A stretch of 64,000 nt of DNA from Thermoanaerobaculia bacterium (GCA_036399015.1 DASWNW010000038.1:37239-101238), one strand, 5' to 3'; positions 10,308 through 20,168 are shown, numbered from the stretch's first letter. Translations and numbers: made by a program. Notes: generated from the letters alone by a model not told the origin.

Positions 10308-12092
10308 TTACTTCCGCTTCGCGATCGTGCTGCTCCCGGAGTGCACCGCCACGCGGTCGACCGCGCCGCTCGCGTCGGGGAGGAACTCGACGGAGATGCC
10401 GGTGAGCTCGCGGATGCGGAAGAGGGTGCCGCGGACCGGGACGAGGTCGCGGGCCCTGCCGACGCGCACCCACTGCAGCACGTTGTCCTCGCGCAGGACG
10501 ACCTCCACGGGGATGCCGTCGAGGTCGTACGTGCCGACGAACCGCCGCAGGAAGGCGGGATCGGACATCTCGGCGGGAGGCTGCTTCGCGAAGACGATCG
10601 GCGGGACGTTCGAGTCCATCGGCACCGCCACGCCCGACACCTCCCCTTCCAGGTCGGTCTCGAACTTCACGCGCGACGCGTCGAGGATTGCCGTACGGTC
10701 CTGCGGCGTCTGGAAGACGTCGTAGTGCCAATGATCGAGCCGTGCAGTGAAGCCGTTGTAGGTGAGATGCAGCGCGCCGTCGCGCAGCGTCACGTCGAGC
10801 GCGCCGTAGCCGGGACCGGAGTAGCGGCCCGCGTACTCCTCGAGCGCGTGCGACGGACGCGTGCCGGGCTTGCGATCGCTGACGCCCGCCGTCTTCGCCG
10901 CCTCTTCGCCGGCGAACGACTTCCGTTCGAGGTCCGCGTACTTTTCCACCATCCCGGAGCGGGGGAGGCCGAGGAGGCGGTCGACGATCTCCCACGGCAA
11001 CCCGTCGCGCAGGCGCGCGCCGGAGCGGTTCGTGAGCACGACGATGCCGATCTTCTCGCGCGGCAGGAGCGTCACGGTGGCCGCGGCGCCCGGCATGTTG
11101 CCGCCGTGCTCCGCGACCTCATAGCCGCGATAGGTGCTGACGAAGAGCCCCATCCCGTAATGGTCGTACCCGAACTCCGGGAAGACCGACGGGCTGATGG
11201 GCATGTTCGGCTGCATCATCGCCTCGACGTCCGACTTCTGCAGGATGCGCTTCCCCTCGAGCTCGCCGCCGCCGAGCATCATCCGGACCCAGCGCACGAG
11301 ATCGCGCGCGGTCGAGTTCAACCCTCCGGTCGGCGCCATCTGCTCGGCCGACTCGTACTCCTCGGGAGCGATGTTCCGCTGGTTGTCGAGCTCGTACCCG
11401 AGCGCGGCGTCCGCGTCACCGGCGAGGTTGCCGAGCACGAAGTGCGTGCGCGTCATGCCGAGCGGCTCGAGCAGCGAGAGGCGCACGTGGTCCTCGTACG
11501 AGCGCCCCGACAGCCGCCCGGCGAGATAGCCGGCGGTCATGAACATGAAGTTGTTGTACTGGAAGCGCGTGCGCATGTCCTTGCTGAACGGGAAATGCGG
11601 CAGCTGCCTGTACAGCTCCTCGCGCGAAAGCGCCGAGCCGAACCAGGCGAAGTCGTGGCGCGGCAGACCGATGCGATGCGTCACGAGATCGCGCGTCGTG
11701 GCGCGAAGCGTCGCGTAGTCGTCGTGCACGCGAAAGTCCGGCATGTAGTCGCGCACCGGCTTGTCCCAGTCGAGTTTTCCCTGCCGCACGAGCGTGCCGA
11801 GAGAGGCGACGGTGAACTGCTTCGTGATCGACGCGATCGGGAACGTCGTATCGGGCGTGACCGGCTTGCGGTTCGCCACGTCGCGCCAGCCGTAGCCCTT
11901 CAGCAGGACCACCTCGTCGCCGACCACGACCGCCACCGCCGCGCCGGGGATCTTCTGATCCTGCAGCGCCCCCTCGATGTAGGCGTCGATGCCGGCCAGC
12001 GCTTTTTTCGGATCGGGCGGCGCGGCGGCTGCGGCTGTGAGGGTGGTGAGGGTGAACAGCACCAGGAGGAGCGACGTCTGGCGGATTCTCAT
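10308..12092 (-). CDS. serine hydrolase, beta-lactamase family, secreted, with C-terminal extra domain
   Basis: Signal peptide, and SxxK motif ASITKQ. Confidence 0.8.
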   Translation of the reverse strand: MRIRQTSLLLVLFTLTTLTAAAAAPPDPKKALAGIDAYIEGALQDQKIPGAAVAVVVGDEVVLLKGYGWRDVANRKPVTPDTTFPIASITKQFTVASLGTLVRQGKLDWDKPVRDYMPDFRVHDDYATLRATTRDLVTHRIGLPRHDFAWFGSALSREELYRQLPHFPFSKDMRTRFQYNNFMFMTAGYLAGRLSGRSYEDHVRLSLLEPLGMTRTHFVLGNLAGDADAALGYELDNQRNIAPEEYESAEQMAPTGGLNSTARDLVRWVRMMLGGGELEGKRILQKSDVEAMMQPNMPISPSVFPEFGYDHYGMGLFVSTYRGYEVAEHGGNMPGAAATVTLLPREKIGIVVLTNRSGARLRDGLPWEIVDRLLGLPRSGMVEKYADLERKSFAGEEAAKTAGVSDRKPGTRPSHALEEYAGRYSGPGYGALDVTLRDGALHLTYNGFTARLDHWHYDVFQTPQDRTAILDASRVKFETDLEGEVSGVAVPMDSNVPPIVFAKQPPAEMSDPAFLRRFVGTYDLDGIPVEVVLREDNVLQWVRVGRARDLVPVRGTLFRIRELTGISVEFLPDASGAVDRVAVHSGSSTIAKRK

Positions 12093-12120
12093 CGGTGCGA
12101 TCGTAACCGAACGCGCAGCC

Positions 12121-13500
12121 TTACGCTCGCAGCCGCTGCAGCATGAACGTCTCGATCGCGACGTCCGCCGCGATGCCGCCCGACTTGCGCTTGATCTCGA
12201 TATCGGCCAGCGCGGTCAGTGCACGGAACAGCTCCGCCTCGGAGTAGTTGCGCGCCGCTTCCCACTTCTTGAGCAGCGGGAAGGGGTGGGGGCGCTGACG
12301 CACGAGCCCGTGCGCTTTCATGTAGTCGCCGAGCCGGTCGGCGAGGGTGTCTTTGAAGCGGTTGTAGTCGACGCGCTGCTTGAGGTTGACGTTCTGCGCC
12401 TTCGCGAACGAGTGGATGCCGATCATCTGGCGCACCTCGTCTGCGAGCGGGAAGAGGAAGCGGCCGTAGTGCATGTCCACCGGCATCTTCGGATCTTCCC
12501 GTTTCCCCTGCGCCACGAGCTCGCGCAGCTTCGACACCGCCTCGAGAATCTTCCCCTCGGTGAAGAGCGATCCCAGCTCGTAGCGTGCGCCCCCCTCGAC
12601 GGCGGCGATCTCCTTCTCGACCAGGTCGGCGGTGACGCGGCCGCCGGTGCCGACGAGGGTGACGAGGCGCTCCACCTCGTTCAAGGCGCCACGCAGCTCC
12701 GGAACGTCTTTCGAGAACTTGTCGGCGAGGATGCGCTCGAAGCCCATGCGCTGGCGGAGGCGCGCCACCGCGTTCGCGTCGAACTTCACGCTCGCCTCGG
12801 CGGCGATGGAGGCGATGGCCTGGTCGAGCGCGGCGTTGAAGCCCTCGCGGGTGAGGTCGGCCACGATGACCGCGCCGTTCTTGTCGACGAGGTCGATCGT
12901 CGCCGAGTCGCGCGGGATCTCGCCCGTGCGCATCAGGAGGATGGTGCCGGGCGCGCCGCCGCGGGAGATCGCCTCCATGAGCATCGCCGCGTCATCCTCG
13001 CCGCGTCCCGCCTTCTTGCCGGTGTTGCGGCAGAACGCGAGGAGGTCGGTGAGCGTGTTGTCGAGCGTCACGCCGAGCGCGTCGGCGATGGCGCGGTCCT
13101 TCATCTCCAGGTCGGCGCCGGCGACACCCATGACGTGCAGCAGCTTCGCCGAGGCGGAGGCGCGCTTGCGGTCGGTCTTCGCGCTCTTCCAGTCGGCGAC
13201 TGCCTTGTCGTACAGGCTCGCAATCTCCTTCGCCGACACAAACGCGTTCACCTCCGGCACGATCAACAGCCGCGCGCCGGCAAAGAGAGACCCGGTGCGG
13301 TATGAGTCGAGGATGGCGCCGAGATCGGTGCCGGGCTCGTAGGACTCGACTGAGATGGAAGGATTCGCGGCGACGATGGCATCGCGGACCTGGTGGAAGG
13401 CGTGCTCGGAGAGGTAGTCGGAAGAGCCGCCGATGAGGAGAACCCTTGGCGGCTTGGATTGCGCGATGTTCGCGAGGATCGTGGTGAGGGGCTTTGGCAT
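12121..13500 (-). CDS. holA: DNA polymerase III delta subunit-like protein
   Basis: N-terminal pattern PRVLLIGGSSDYL ... SLFAGARLLIV and overall helical C-terminal domains resemble HolA. It is longer than typical. Start taken at ATG 13500 (MPKPL). Confidence 0.6.
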   Translation of the reverse strand: MPKPLTTILANIAQSKPPRVLLIGGSSDYLSEHAFHQVRDAIVAANPSISVESYEPGTDLGAILDSYRTGSLFAGARLLIVPEVNAFVSAKEIASLYDKAVADWKSAKTDRKRASASAKLLHVMGVAGADLEMKDRAIADALGVTLDNTLTDLLAFCRNTGKKAGRGEDDAAMLMEAISRGGAPGTILLMRTGEIPRDSATIDLVDKNGAVIVADLTREGFNAALDQAIASIAAEASVKFDANAVARLRQRMGFERILADKFSKDVPELRGALNEVERLVTLVGTGGRVTADLVEKEIAAVEGGARYELGSLFTEGKILEAVSKLRELVAQGKREDPKMPVDMHYGRFLFPLADEVRQMIGIHSFAKAQNVNLKQRVDYNRFKDTLADRLGDYMKAHGLVRQRPHPFPLLKKWEAARNYSEAELFRALTALADIEIKRKSGGIAADVAIETFMLQRLRA

Positions 13501-13507
13501 GGGCGGC

Positions 13508-13606
13508 TGAATGAAGAAGTTCGAATGAAGAATTAAGAGGGAAGCAGCGGCGAGACGCAACTGCGCGCTCTCAATTCTTCATTCTTCATTCGAACTTCTT
13601 CATTCA
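13508..13606. repeat. AT-rich tandem-repeat hairpin (unit GAATGAAGAA); 26-bp perfect stem
   Basis: 13508-13533 is the exact reverse complement of 13581-13606. The arms are internally repetitive. The right arm carries one extra GAAGAAT unit. Confidence 0.9.
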
Positions 13607-13632
13607 AAAAAAGGGAGCGCCGAAGCGCTCCC
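13606..13632 (-). terminator. rho-independent terminator downstream of dksA
   Basis: On the minus strand: GGGAGCGC-TTCG-GCGCTCCC followed by TTTTTTT. Confidence 0.8.
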
Positions 13633-13664
13633 AAGCAAATCACTACGAACGCGGCAGGAAACCC

Positions 13665-14036
13665 CTACTGAAGCATCCCCTTTTCCTGCAGCTCCTGGCA
13701 ATCGATGCAGAACGGCGTCCACGGAACCGCCTGGAGGCGCTTCTCGCCGATGGTGACGCCGCAGTTGGTGCAGACGGCGTAGGTGCCTTCCTTCATGCGG
13801 GTGAAGGCCTCTTCGATGAGCATGAGCAGGTTGCGCTCGGCGTCGGAGAGGGAGAAGTTGAGCTCTTTGGAGTAGGCGCTGTAGGCCTTGTCGGCGAGAT
13901 CCTGGATCCCGTCGTCGACGGCGGTGTTGCCGGCCTGCTTGTCGCGCTCGAACGAGTCGAGAAGCTCGCGCTGCTTGGTGCGGAGCGCATCCTCGTGATG
14001 CTGATGCGGATTCGGTTTGGTCTTCGCTTTCGCCAT
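13665..14036 (-). CDS. dksA: DksA/TraR-family C4 zinc-finger transcription factor
   Basis: CTNCG-x17-CIDCQ zinc finger preceded by a coiled-coil region. Confidence 0.85.
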   Translation of the reverse strand: MAKAKTKPNPHQHHEDALRTKQRELLDSFERDKQAGNTAVDDGIQDLADKAYSAYSKELNFSLSDAERNLLMLIEEAFTRMKEGTYAVCTNCGVTIGEKRLQAVPWTPFCIDCQELQEKGMLQ

Positions 14037-14052
14037 TCGAGAGCCTCGTGAA

Positions 14053-14523
14053 CTACTTGTGATACGAAATGTTGCGCATCAACGTGCAGGCCCGGTAGAT
14101 CTGTTCCAGCAGGAGGACGCGTGCGAACTGATGCGGGAGGGTCATCGGGGTGAGGGCGAGCAGCTTGTCCGCCCGGTGCCTGACCGAGTCGTCGAAGCCG
14201 ACATCGCCGCCGACGACGAAGTTGACGCCGTGCGGACTGTCGATGGTCAGCCTCTCCAACCACTTCGCAAACTTCAAAGAATCAACGGTTTGGCCTCGTT
14301 CGTCGAGGACCACCACGTACCCGCGATCGGGGATCGCGGCCAGCAGGCGCGCGGATTGAGCGCGCATGATAGCCACATCGCTCTGAGCTTGTCTACCGCG
14401 CTCGGAAGCGACTTCGGCGACCTCGATCGGAAAGAAATGTCTGATCCGATTGATGTACCGCTCCGCGACCGCGGCCAGCTCAGAGTCGGCATGGGAACCG
14501 GACCAGATGAACCTAAATTTCAT
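14053..14523 (-). CDS. rlmH: 23S rRNA (pseudouridine1915-N3)-methyltransferase
   Basis: SPOUT-family RlmH pattern VVLDERGQ ... FVVGGDVGF ... LALTPMTLPHQFARVLLLEQIYRA. Confidence 0.9.
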   Translation of the reverse strand: MKFRFIWSGSHADSELAAVAERYINRIRHFFPIEVAEVASERGRQAQSDVAIMRAQSARLLAAIPDRGYVVVLDERGQTVDSLKFAKWLERLTIDSPHGVNFVVGGDVGFDDSVRHRADKLLALTPMTLPHQFARVLLLEQIYRACTLMRNISYHK

Positions 14524-14532
14524 GCGCTCCGC

Positions 14533-15396
14533 TCACTCCAGTCCGTACTTCTTCCTCTTCTCCAGCAGCGTCTTCCGGTTGATCCCGAGGATCTCCGCGG
14601 CACGGGAGTAGTTCTTCCGCGTCCGGCGGATCACCTCCGCGATGTAGTGCGACTCCAGCTCGTCGAGCGTCCAGGAGCCACGGGCGGCGGTGGTGACGAG
14701 ATCGTCCGCGGCGCGGACCGGCAACGAGGCGGCGGTGATGCGGTCGCCGTCCTCGAGCAGCGCGGCGCGCTCGATGGCGTTGCGCAGCTCGCGGATGTTG
14801 CCGGGCCACGAGTAGCTCGCCAGGACCCGCTGCGCGTCGGGCGCGAAGCGCTTCTTCTTCGCGAACTCCTTCGCCAGCGCCGCCAGGTCCTCGGGGCGCT
14901 CGCGCAGAGGCGGCAGCGTGAGCGTGACGACGTTGATGCGGTAGTAGAGGTCGCGCCGCAGCTCGCCGCTCGCGAGCAGCTCCTGGAGGTCGCCGTTCGT
15001 CGACGAGATCACCCGCGCCTCGAACGGCACCGTGCCGCCGCCGAGGCGGGAGAAGCGCTTCTCCTGGATTGCGCGGAGGAGCTTCGCCTGCAGCGGCGGC
15101 GTGAGCGCCGAGATGCCGTCGAAGTAGACCGTGCCGCGGCGGGCGGTCTCCAGGCGGCCGACCTTCCGCGACTGGGCGTCGGTGAAGGTGCCGCGCTCGT
15201 GGCCGAAGAGCTCACTCTCGAAGAGATCAGCGGGGATGCTCGCGCACTCGATGTGCACGAACGGCTCGTCGCGGCGGGGGCTGCAGGCGTGGATGGCGGC
15301 GGCGAGATGGTCTTTGCCGGTGCCCGACTCGCCGAGGATCAGGATGCTGACGTCGTGGTCGAGGACCTTCTCGACCGTCTCCAGGACGTTCCGCAT
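14533..15396 (-). CDS. sigma-54-interaction-domain (AAA+) transcriptional regulator lacking an N-terminal sensory domain; Fis-type HTH
   Basis: Walker A GESGTGKD, ESELFGHERGTFTDA (GAFTGA position reads GTFTDA), RRDLYYRINV, C-terminal HTH NYSRAAEILGINRKTL. The only in-frame start after the rsfS stop is ATG 15396. Confidence 0.8.
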   Translation of the reverse strand: MRNVLETVEKVLDHDVSILILGESGTGKDHLAAAIHACSPRRDEPFVHIECASIPADLFESELFGHERGTFTDAQSRKVGRLETARRGTVYFDGISALTPPLQAKLLRAIQEKRFSRLGGGTVPFEARVISSTNGDLQELLASGELRRDLYYRINVVTLTLPPLRERPEDLAALAKEFAKKKRFAPDAQRVLASYSWPGNIRELRNAIERAALLEDGDRITAASLPVRAADDLVTTAARGSWTLDELESHYIAEVIRRTRKNYSRAAEILGINRKTLLEKRKKYGLE

Positions 15397-15436
15397 CGCG
15401 GGGTTCCGCGTGTGGAAGAAGTCCCGGAGACGCGGC

Positions 15437-15832
15437 TCACGACGTCTTCTTGAAAGCACGCTGCTCGGCTTCTCCGGTGTACTCCGCCGTGACGTTCGGC
15501 GCGTCCCCCCAGAGCCGCTCGAGCCCGTAGAACCGGCGGACGTCCTCGGTGAAGATGTGCACGATGAAGTCGCCGAAGTCGAGCAGCACCCAGCGTCCCG
15601 GCGTGGTCCCCTCGACCAGCAGCGGCTTGACGCCGAGCTCCGACTTGAGGCGCTCCAGGATCGAGTCGGCGATGGCGGAGGCCTGCCGCTCGTTGCCCGC
15701 GGAACAGAGGATGAAGTAATCGGCAATCGACGTCAGCTCGCCCACCTGCAGCACGTCGAGGTCGGTCGCCTTCTTGTCGAGCGCCGCGGCTACCGCGAGC
15801 CGGACGCGGGATTCAATCGAAGAATCGGTCAC
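15437..15832 (-). CDS. rsfS: ribosome silencing factor
   Basis: RsfS pattern DYFILCSAGNERQ ... WVLLDFGDFIVHIF. Confidence 0.9.
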   Translation of the reverse strand: MTDSSIESRVRLAVAAALDKKATDLDVLQVGELTSIADYFILCSAGNERQASAIADSILERLKSELGVKPLLVEGTTPGRWVLLDFGDFIVHIFTEDVRRFYGLERLWGDAPNVTAEYTGEAEQRAFKKTS

Positions 15833-16449
15833 GATTGGCCCTTTCGATACAGTCCGTAGTGATGAATGTAGCGCGAGACCGGCGGCGGAACCAGATCCTC
15901 GATCGGTTCCCCGTCCCGCACCCGCCTGCGGATCTCGGTGGAGGAGATGGGGATCGTCGCGTTCTCAGCGAATGCGATCGCGCCATGCGTGGGGCGCGAC
16001 TCGACGCCGGTGACGCGCGACTGCAGCACCGGCAGGACCGCCGCTCCAGCGTTGCGCGAGAGGACGACGAAGTTCGCCAGCTCGAAGATCCGGTCGAGCG
16101 ACTTCCACTCCGTCAGCTTCTCCAGGTTGTCGTCGCCGATCACCCAGTCGATGGTCGCGCCGGGAGCGGCGCCGCGCAGCTCTTCGAGCGTGTCGACCGT
16201 GTACGAAACCTTCCCCCGCTCCAGCTCGAGCGGCGACGCGTAGAGCGCGTCGTGGCCGGCGACGGCGAGCGCGGTCATGGCGAAGCGGTGATAGCCGGAG
16301 ACGGCGTCACGGTGCGTCTTGAACGGCTGCACGCGCGCCGGGATGTAGAGCACACGGTCCCACTGCACTCGCTCGCGTACGGCGAGGACCGGGTCGAGAT
16401 GGCCGCGATGGATCGGGTCGAACGTGCCGCCGCAGATGCCGATTCTCAT
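15829..16449 (-). CDS. nadD: nicotinate-nucleotide adenylyltransferase
   Basis: GGTFDPIHRGH motif. 4-nt overlaps with both obg and rsfS. Confidence 0.9.
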   Translation of the reverse strand: MRIGICGGTFDPIHRGHLDPVLAVRERVQWDRVLYIPARVQPFKTHRDAVSGYHRFAMTALAVAGHDALYASPLELERGKVSYTVDTLEELRGAAPGATIDWVIGDDNLEKLTEWKSLDRIFELANFVVLSRNAGAAVLPVLQSRVTGVESRPTHGAIAFAENATIPISSTEIRRRVRDGEPIEDLVPPPVSRYIHHYGLYRKGQS

Positions 16450-17483
16450 AGAGGCGGTGAGGCGGCGAGGTGCTGTTCCTCCTCGCGGCTCCCGTGCTCG
16501 CGCACGAACCGGGCGAGCCTGCGCACCAGCTCGCGCACGCCGTCGCCGACGACGGCCGAGATCTCGAGGTACTCGTACCCGTTGCGCTCCGCGTAGGCGC
16601 GCAGTTGCTCGCTGTTGCCGGGGACGACCGAGTCGAGCTTCGAGCCGCAGACGATGCGCGGCTTCTGTGCGAGGAGCTGGGAGTAGAGCGCCAGCTCGCG
16701 CGCGATCACCTCCGCGTCGGCGGCCGGGTCGTCGTTCGCGGAGAGATCGACCAGGTGCACCAGCACCGAGCAGCGCTCCACGTGGCGGAGGAACTGGTCG
16801 CCGAGGCCATGACCCTCATGCGCCCCCTCGATGAGGCCGGGGATGTCGGCGACGACGAAGGTCTGCCCCTCGTCGGCGCTCACGACGCCGAGGTTCGGGA
16901 CGAGGGTCGTGAACGGATAGTCGGCGATCTTCGGCTTGGCGGCGCTGATGACGGAGATGAGCGTCGACTTGCCGGCGTTCGGCAGCCCGATCAGGCCGAC
17001 GTCGGCGATCAGCTTCAGCTCGATGAAGAGCTCGCGCTCCTCGCCGGGGTTGCCGTCCTGCGCGAAGCGGGGGGCCTGGCGGGTGGCGGTGGCGAAGTGC
17101 TGGTTGCCCCAGCCGCCGCGTCCGCCTTTAGCGACGAGCACGCGCTCGCCGTCTTCCTTGAGGTCGGCCAGGATCTCCTCGGTGACCTTGTCGCGGACGA
17201 CCGAGCCGATCGGCAGCTCGATGGTGACGTCTTCCCCGTCGTGCCCGGAGCAGTTCGAGCCCATGCCGTGCTGGCCGCGGCCACCCTTCCACTCCTGCTG
17301 GAACTTGAGGTGGTAGAGCGTGTTGAGGCGGCGGGAGGCGACGATCCAGACGGAGCCGCCGGTACCGCCGTCGCCGCCGGACGGGCCGCCCTTGGGGACG
17401 AACTTCTCTCTGCGGAAGGCAACACAGCCGTGTCCGCCGTCGCCGGCTTTGACGCGGATGGTCGCCTGATCGATGAACATCAA
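16446..17483 (-). CDS. obg: GTPase Obg/CgtA
   Basis: Obg fold N-terminus FIDQATIRVKAGDGGHGCVAFRREKF. G-domain GLPNAGKST, DIPGLIEGA. Confidence 0.95.
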   Translation of the reverse strand: MMFIDQATIRVKAGDGGHGCVAFRREKFVPKGGPSGGDGGTGGSVWIVASRRLNTLYHLKFQQEWKGGRGQHGMGSNCSGHDGEDVTIELPIGSVVRDKVTEEILADLKEDGERVLVAKGGRGGWGNQHFATATRQAPRFAQDGNPGEERELFIELKLIADVGLIGLPNAGKSTLISVISAAKPKIADYPFTTLVPNLGVVSADEGQTFVVADIPGLIEGAHEGHGLGDQFLRHVERCSVLVHLVDLSANDDPAADAEVIARELALYSQLLAQKPRIVCGSKLDSVVPGNSEQLRAYAERNGYEYLEISAVVGDGVRELVRRLARFVREHGSREEEQHLAASPPL

Positions 17484-17513
17484 AGGTCCTTACTGCTAAG
17501 CATGTACCACTGT

Positions 17514-17541
17514 AAAAGAAAAGCACCGCCGGAGGCGGTGC
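17514..17541 (-). terminator. hairpin plus U-tract between rpmA and obg (terminator/attenuator)
   Basis: Minus strand: GCACCGCC-TCC-GGCGGTGC followed by TTTTCTTTT. Confidence 0.6.
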
Positions 17542-17565
17542 CTTGAGGACAGCGACGCGGTGAGC

Positions 17566-17829
17566 TTACTCGGCGGCGACCGGAGCGACGCTGATGAAAC
17601 GGCCGCGCTCGCCCTTGTCGGTGAACTGCACGATGCCGTCGATCTTGGCGAAGAGCGTGTGGTCGCGGCCGAGGCCGACGTTCACACCAGGCTGGAAGCG
17701 GGTGCCGCGCTGGCGGACCAGGATCGAGCCGCCGGTGACGAACTGGCCGGCGAAGCGCTTGACGCCCAGCATCTTCGGCTGCGAGTCGCGGCCGTTGCGC
17801 GAAGAGCCCTGACCTTTTTTATGAGCCAT
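17566..17829 (-). CDS. rpmA: 50S ribosomal protein L27
   Basis: [17 protein letters not shown]-terminus. Confidence 0.95.
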   Translation of the reverse strand: MAHKKGQGSSRNGRDSQPKMLGVKRFAGQFVTGGSILVRQRGTRFQPGVNVGLGRDHTLFAKIDGIVQFTDKGERGRFISVAPVAAE

Positions 17830-17844
17830 GTGAGTGTCTCCCGA

Positions 17845-18162
17845 TTAAACGTTGATGCTGTCGATACGGACTTCGACGACGTCCTGACGGTGGCCGTGGG
17901 TCCGCTTCGTGTGGTTCTTGCGGCGCTTCTTCTTGAAAACGATGATCTTCTGGCCGCGGGTCTCGTTGAGAACCGTGGCCACGACGGAAGCACCCTCGAC
18001 AGTCGGGGCCCCTACCTTCGGCTGATCGCCGCCAATCATCAGAACTTCACTGAACGTGACCTTGTCCTGATCGGCGCTGCCGAGAACGTCACGCTCGACC
18101 TGCAGGCGATCGCCCGCGGCAACGCGATACTGCTTTCCACCGGAACGAATGATGGCGTACAC
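17845..18162 (-). CDS. rplU: 50S ribosomal protein L21
   Basis: (V/M)YAIIRSGGKQYRV with a GTG start at 18162. The track ORF 17845..19887 is a spurious extension. Confidence 0.95.
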   Translation of the reverse strand: MYAIIRSGGKQYRVAAGDRLQVERDVLGSADQDKVTFSEVLMIGGDQPKVGAPTVEGASVVATVLNETRGQKIIVFKKKRRKNHTKRTHGHRQDVVEVRIDSINV

Positions 18163-18251
18163 AATGACCTCCGAAAGGACCCGCGCTTTTAACACACCGC
18201 TACTGATGCGGTCAAACTGCGGAAGTCTCTGAAACCGCACGACGGGAAGGC

Positions 18252-20168
18252 CTATTCCGCTCCCGCCGGAACACCGCTCAACCGGTAGATCAGGATCGAT
18301 CGGCCGGCACGTCCGACCTCTTTCGCCCCGGTCCGGGCCATGAACGCCCGCCACTCCTCCCGCGCCTCCGCCGTCCAGTAGTTCCCGGTCAGGTTCGTGG
18401 CACTGACGGCGAGGAGGCCGGGGACGGCGGCGCGAAGGCCGTCCTTCGGCTCGTACTCGTAACCGAGGAAGAGGTTGTGGTGGCGGATGCCGTAGTAGCG
18501 GGGGTCGGCCGTCCCGAAATAGCAGAGGTTGATCGGCTCGCTCACCTTCTCCCGCTCCAGCCAGCGGCGGAGCTTCACCAGGTCCTGCCCCCAGTCGTAG
18601 TTCGAGTCGGCGAGGTGGCGGTAGCCGTTTGCGGGCCCGCCGCCGAGCTCGTTGACGTACGACAGCCGGTTCGGCTGCAGACCGGTGTAGGCGAGGAGCA
18701 GCAGCACGGCCGCGGCCGCCGCGATCCGCGTCCGCGCCGCGAACCGTAGCCAGCGCGCGGCCAGGACGCCGCACAGCAGAAAGAGAAACGGATAGAGCGG
18801 GAGGAGATGGCGGTGGCCGATGTTGAGGTTCGCCCGGACCACCACGAGGAGGTAAATGACGACCGGAATCCAGACGAAGCGCAGCCGCCGGCGGTGCGCG
18901 GGCGTGCGCAGCACCGCCACCAGGGCGCAAACGATCAGGACCAGCGCCGCCACCGGCGTCTTGAGGACGAACGTCCAGAAGAAGTAGCTCGGGAAGCCGA
19001 CGTCGGAGTATTCGCCGCGGAGATAGGCGGCGCGGAACAGAGACCGCTCGCGCACGAACGCGGCGCCGTAGAGGTACGCCTCCGGCAGGAGGTGCATCCG
19101 GTCGAGGGCGAGCAGCACCTTCCCCATCCCCCGCACGGAGGCGTACTGAAGGGCGCTTCGCGACTCCTCCTCCGTCGGCGGGCGGCGGTGCTCGGCGAAG
19201 AAACGGGAGTCGGCCGCGTGGCGGCGCAGCGAGTACTCCAGCGGGAAGTGCCCCGGGACGCGGTCGGGCAGCCGCGGCGCCGGGTGCTTCGCCTCGGCCG
19301 CGGCGGTCGCGGCAGGATCGGCGGCGGCGGAGTAGCGCCATCCGTACGCGGCCCAGATCCCGACGTACGCCGTCAGCGCCGCGGCCCCTACGAGCGCGAA
19401 GGCGACTCTCGTCCGCCGCAGCAGCGCCAGCACCGCCAGCAGCGGCACCAGCACGACGGCGCTGAACTTCACCAGAAACGCCGCGGCACTGAACAGCGCG
19501 AACGCGACGGCGGAAGGCCAGGAGAACCGCTCCGTCGCACGCCAGAAAAAGTACGTCGAGCCGAAGAGGCAGAGCGCGATCGGGACGTCGGTCGTGACGA
19601 GCGAACCGTGCGCGACCAGCGACGGCTCCGCGACGAAGAGCGCCAGCGAGAGCAGCGCGCCCGCGGTTCCGAAGAGCTCGCGCGACCATAGATAGATGAG
19701 GAGGCCGAGCAGCAAGCCGAACGGCACCATCATCCGGCGGGCGCGGGCGACCACCCCCTCGGCGTCGTTGAGAAAGTCGGCGCGGGTGACGGCGGCGGTC
19801 CCTTCCACCCGGTCGGTGGTCGGGCGTCCGAGCCGCGCCAGCGCCGCGGGGCGCATCCCGTAGAGCAGCTCGTGCGCGTACCGCCACTGCGCCGGGGGGA
19901 AGGCGAGCGCCGCCTCCCAGTAGCGCGCCAGCTCGTTCGCGCTCTCGTCGAGCGGACCGGTCGCCAGCGCCGCGACGCGCTTCACGAGCGGCGGGTGCTC
20001 GGGATTGAGCCGGTAGTCGCCGTACCGCGCGTAGCTGTAGCCGGCGGCGATGTGCGCCGGCTCGTCGTACGTCGGCGAGGTGTTGGCGATCTCGTACAGC
20101 GCCGCGCCGGCGAAACAGGAAAGGAGGAGGACGACCGCAACGGCCTCCGCGACGATTCGCCTCGACAT
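18252..20168 (-). CDS. GT-C membrane glycosyltransferase (family 39 / ArnT-PMT-like)
   Basis: Multi-TM protein with the N-terminal loop motif YDEPAHIAAGYSY ... NPEHPPLVK typical of GT39. Start taken at ATG 20168. Confidence 0.75.
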   Translation of the reverse strand: MSRRIVAEAVAVVLLLSCFAGAALYEIANTSPTYDEPAHIAAGYSYARYGDYRLNPEHPPLVKRVAALATGPLDESANELARYWEAALAFPPAQWRYAHELLYGMRPAALARLGRPTTDRVEGTAAVTRADFLNDAEGVVARARRMMVPFGLLLGLLIYLWSRELFGTAGALLSLALFVAEPSLVAHGSLVTTDVPIALCLFGSTYFFWRATERFSWPSAVAFALFSAAAFLVKFSAVVLVPLLAVLALLRRTRVAFALVGAAALTAYVGIWAAYGWRYSAAADPAATAAAEAKHPAPRLPDRVPGHFPLEYSLRRHAADSRFFAEHRRPPTEEESRSALQYASVRGMGKVLLALDRMHLLPEAYLYGAAFVRERSLFRAAYLRGEYSDVGFPSYFFWTFVLKTPVAALVLIVCALVAVLRTPAHRRRLRFVWIPVVIYLLVVVRANLNIGHRHLLPLYPFLFLLCGVLAARWLRFAARTRIAAAAAVLLLLAYTGLQPNRLSYVNELGGGPANGYRHLADSNYDWGQDLVKLRRWLEREKVSEPINLCYFGTADPRYYGIRHHNLFLGYEYEPKDGLRAAVPGLLAVSATNLTGNYWTAEAREEWRAFMARTGAKEVGRAGRSILIYRLSGVPAGAE

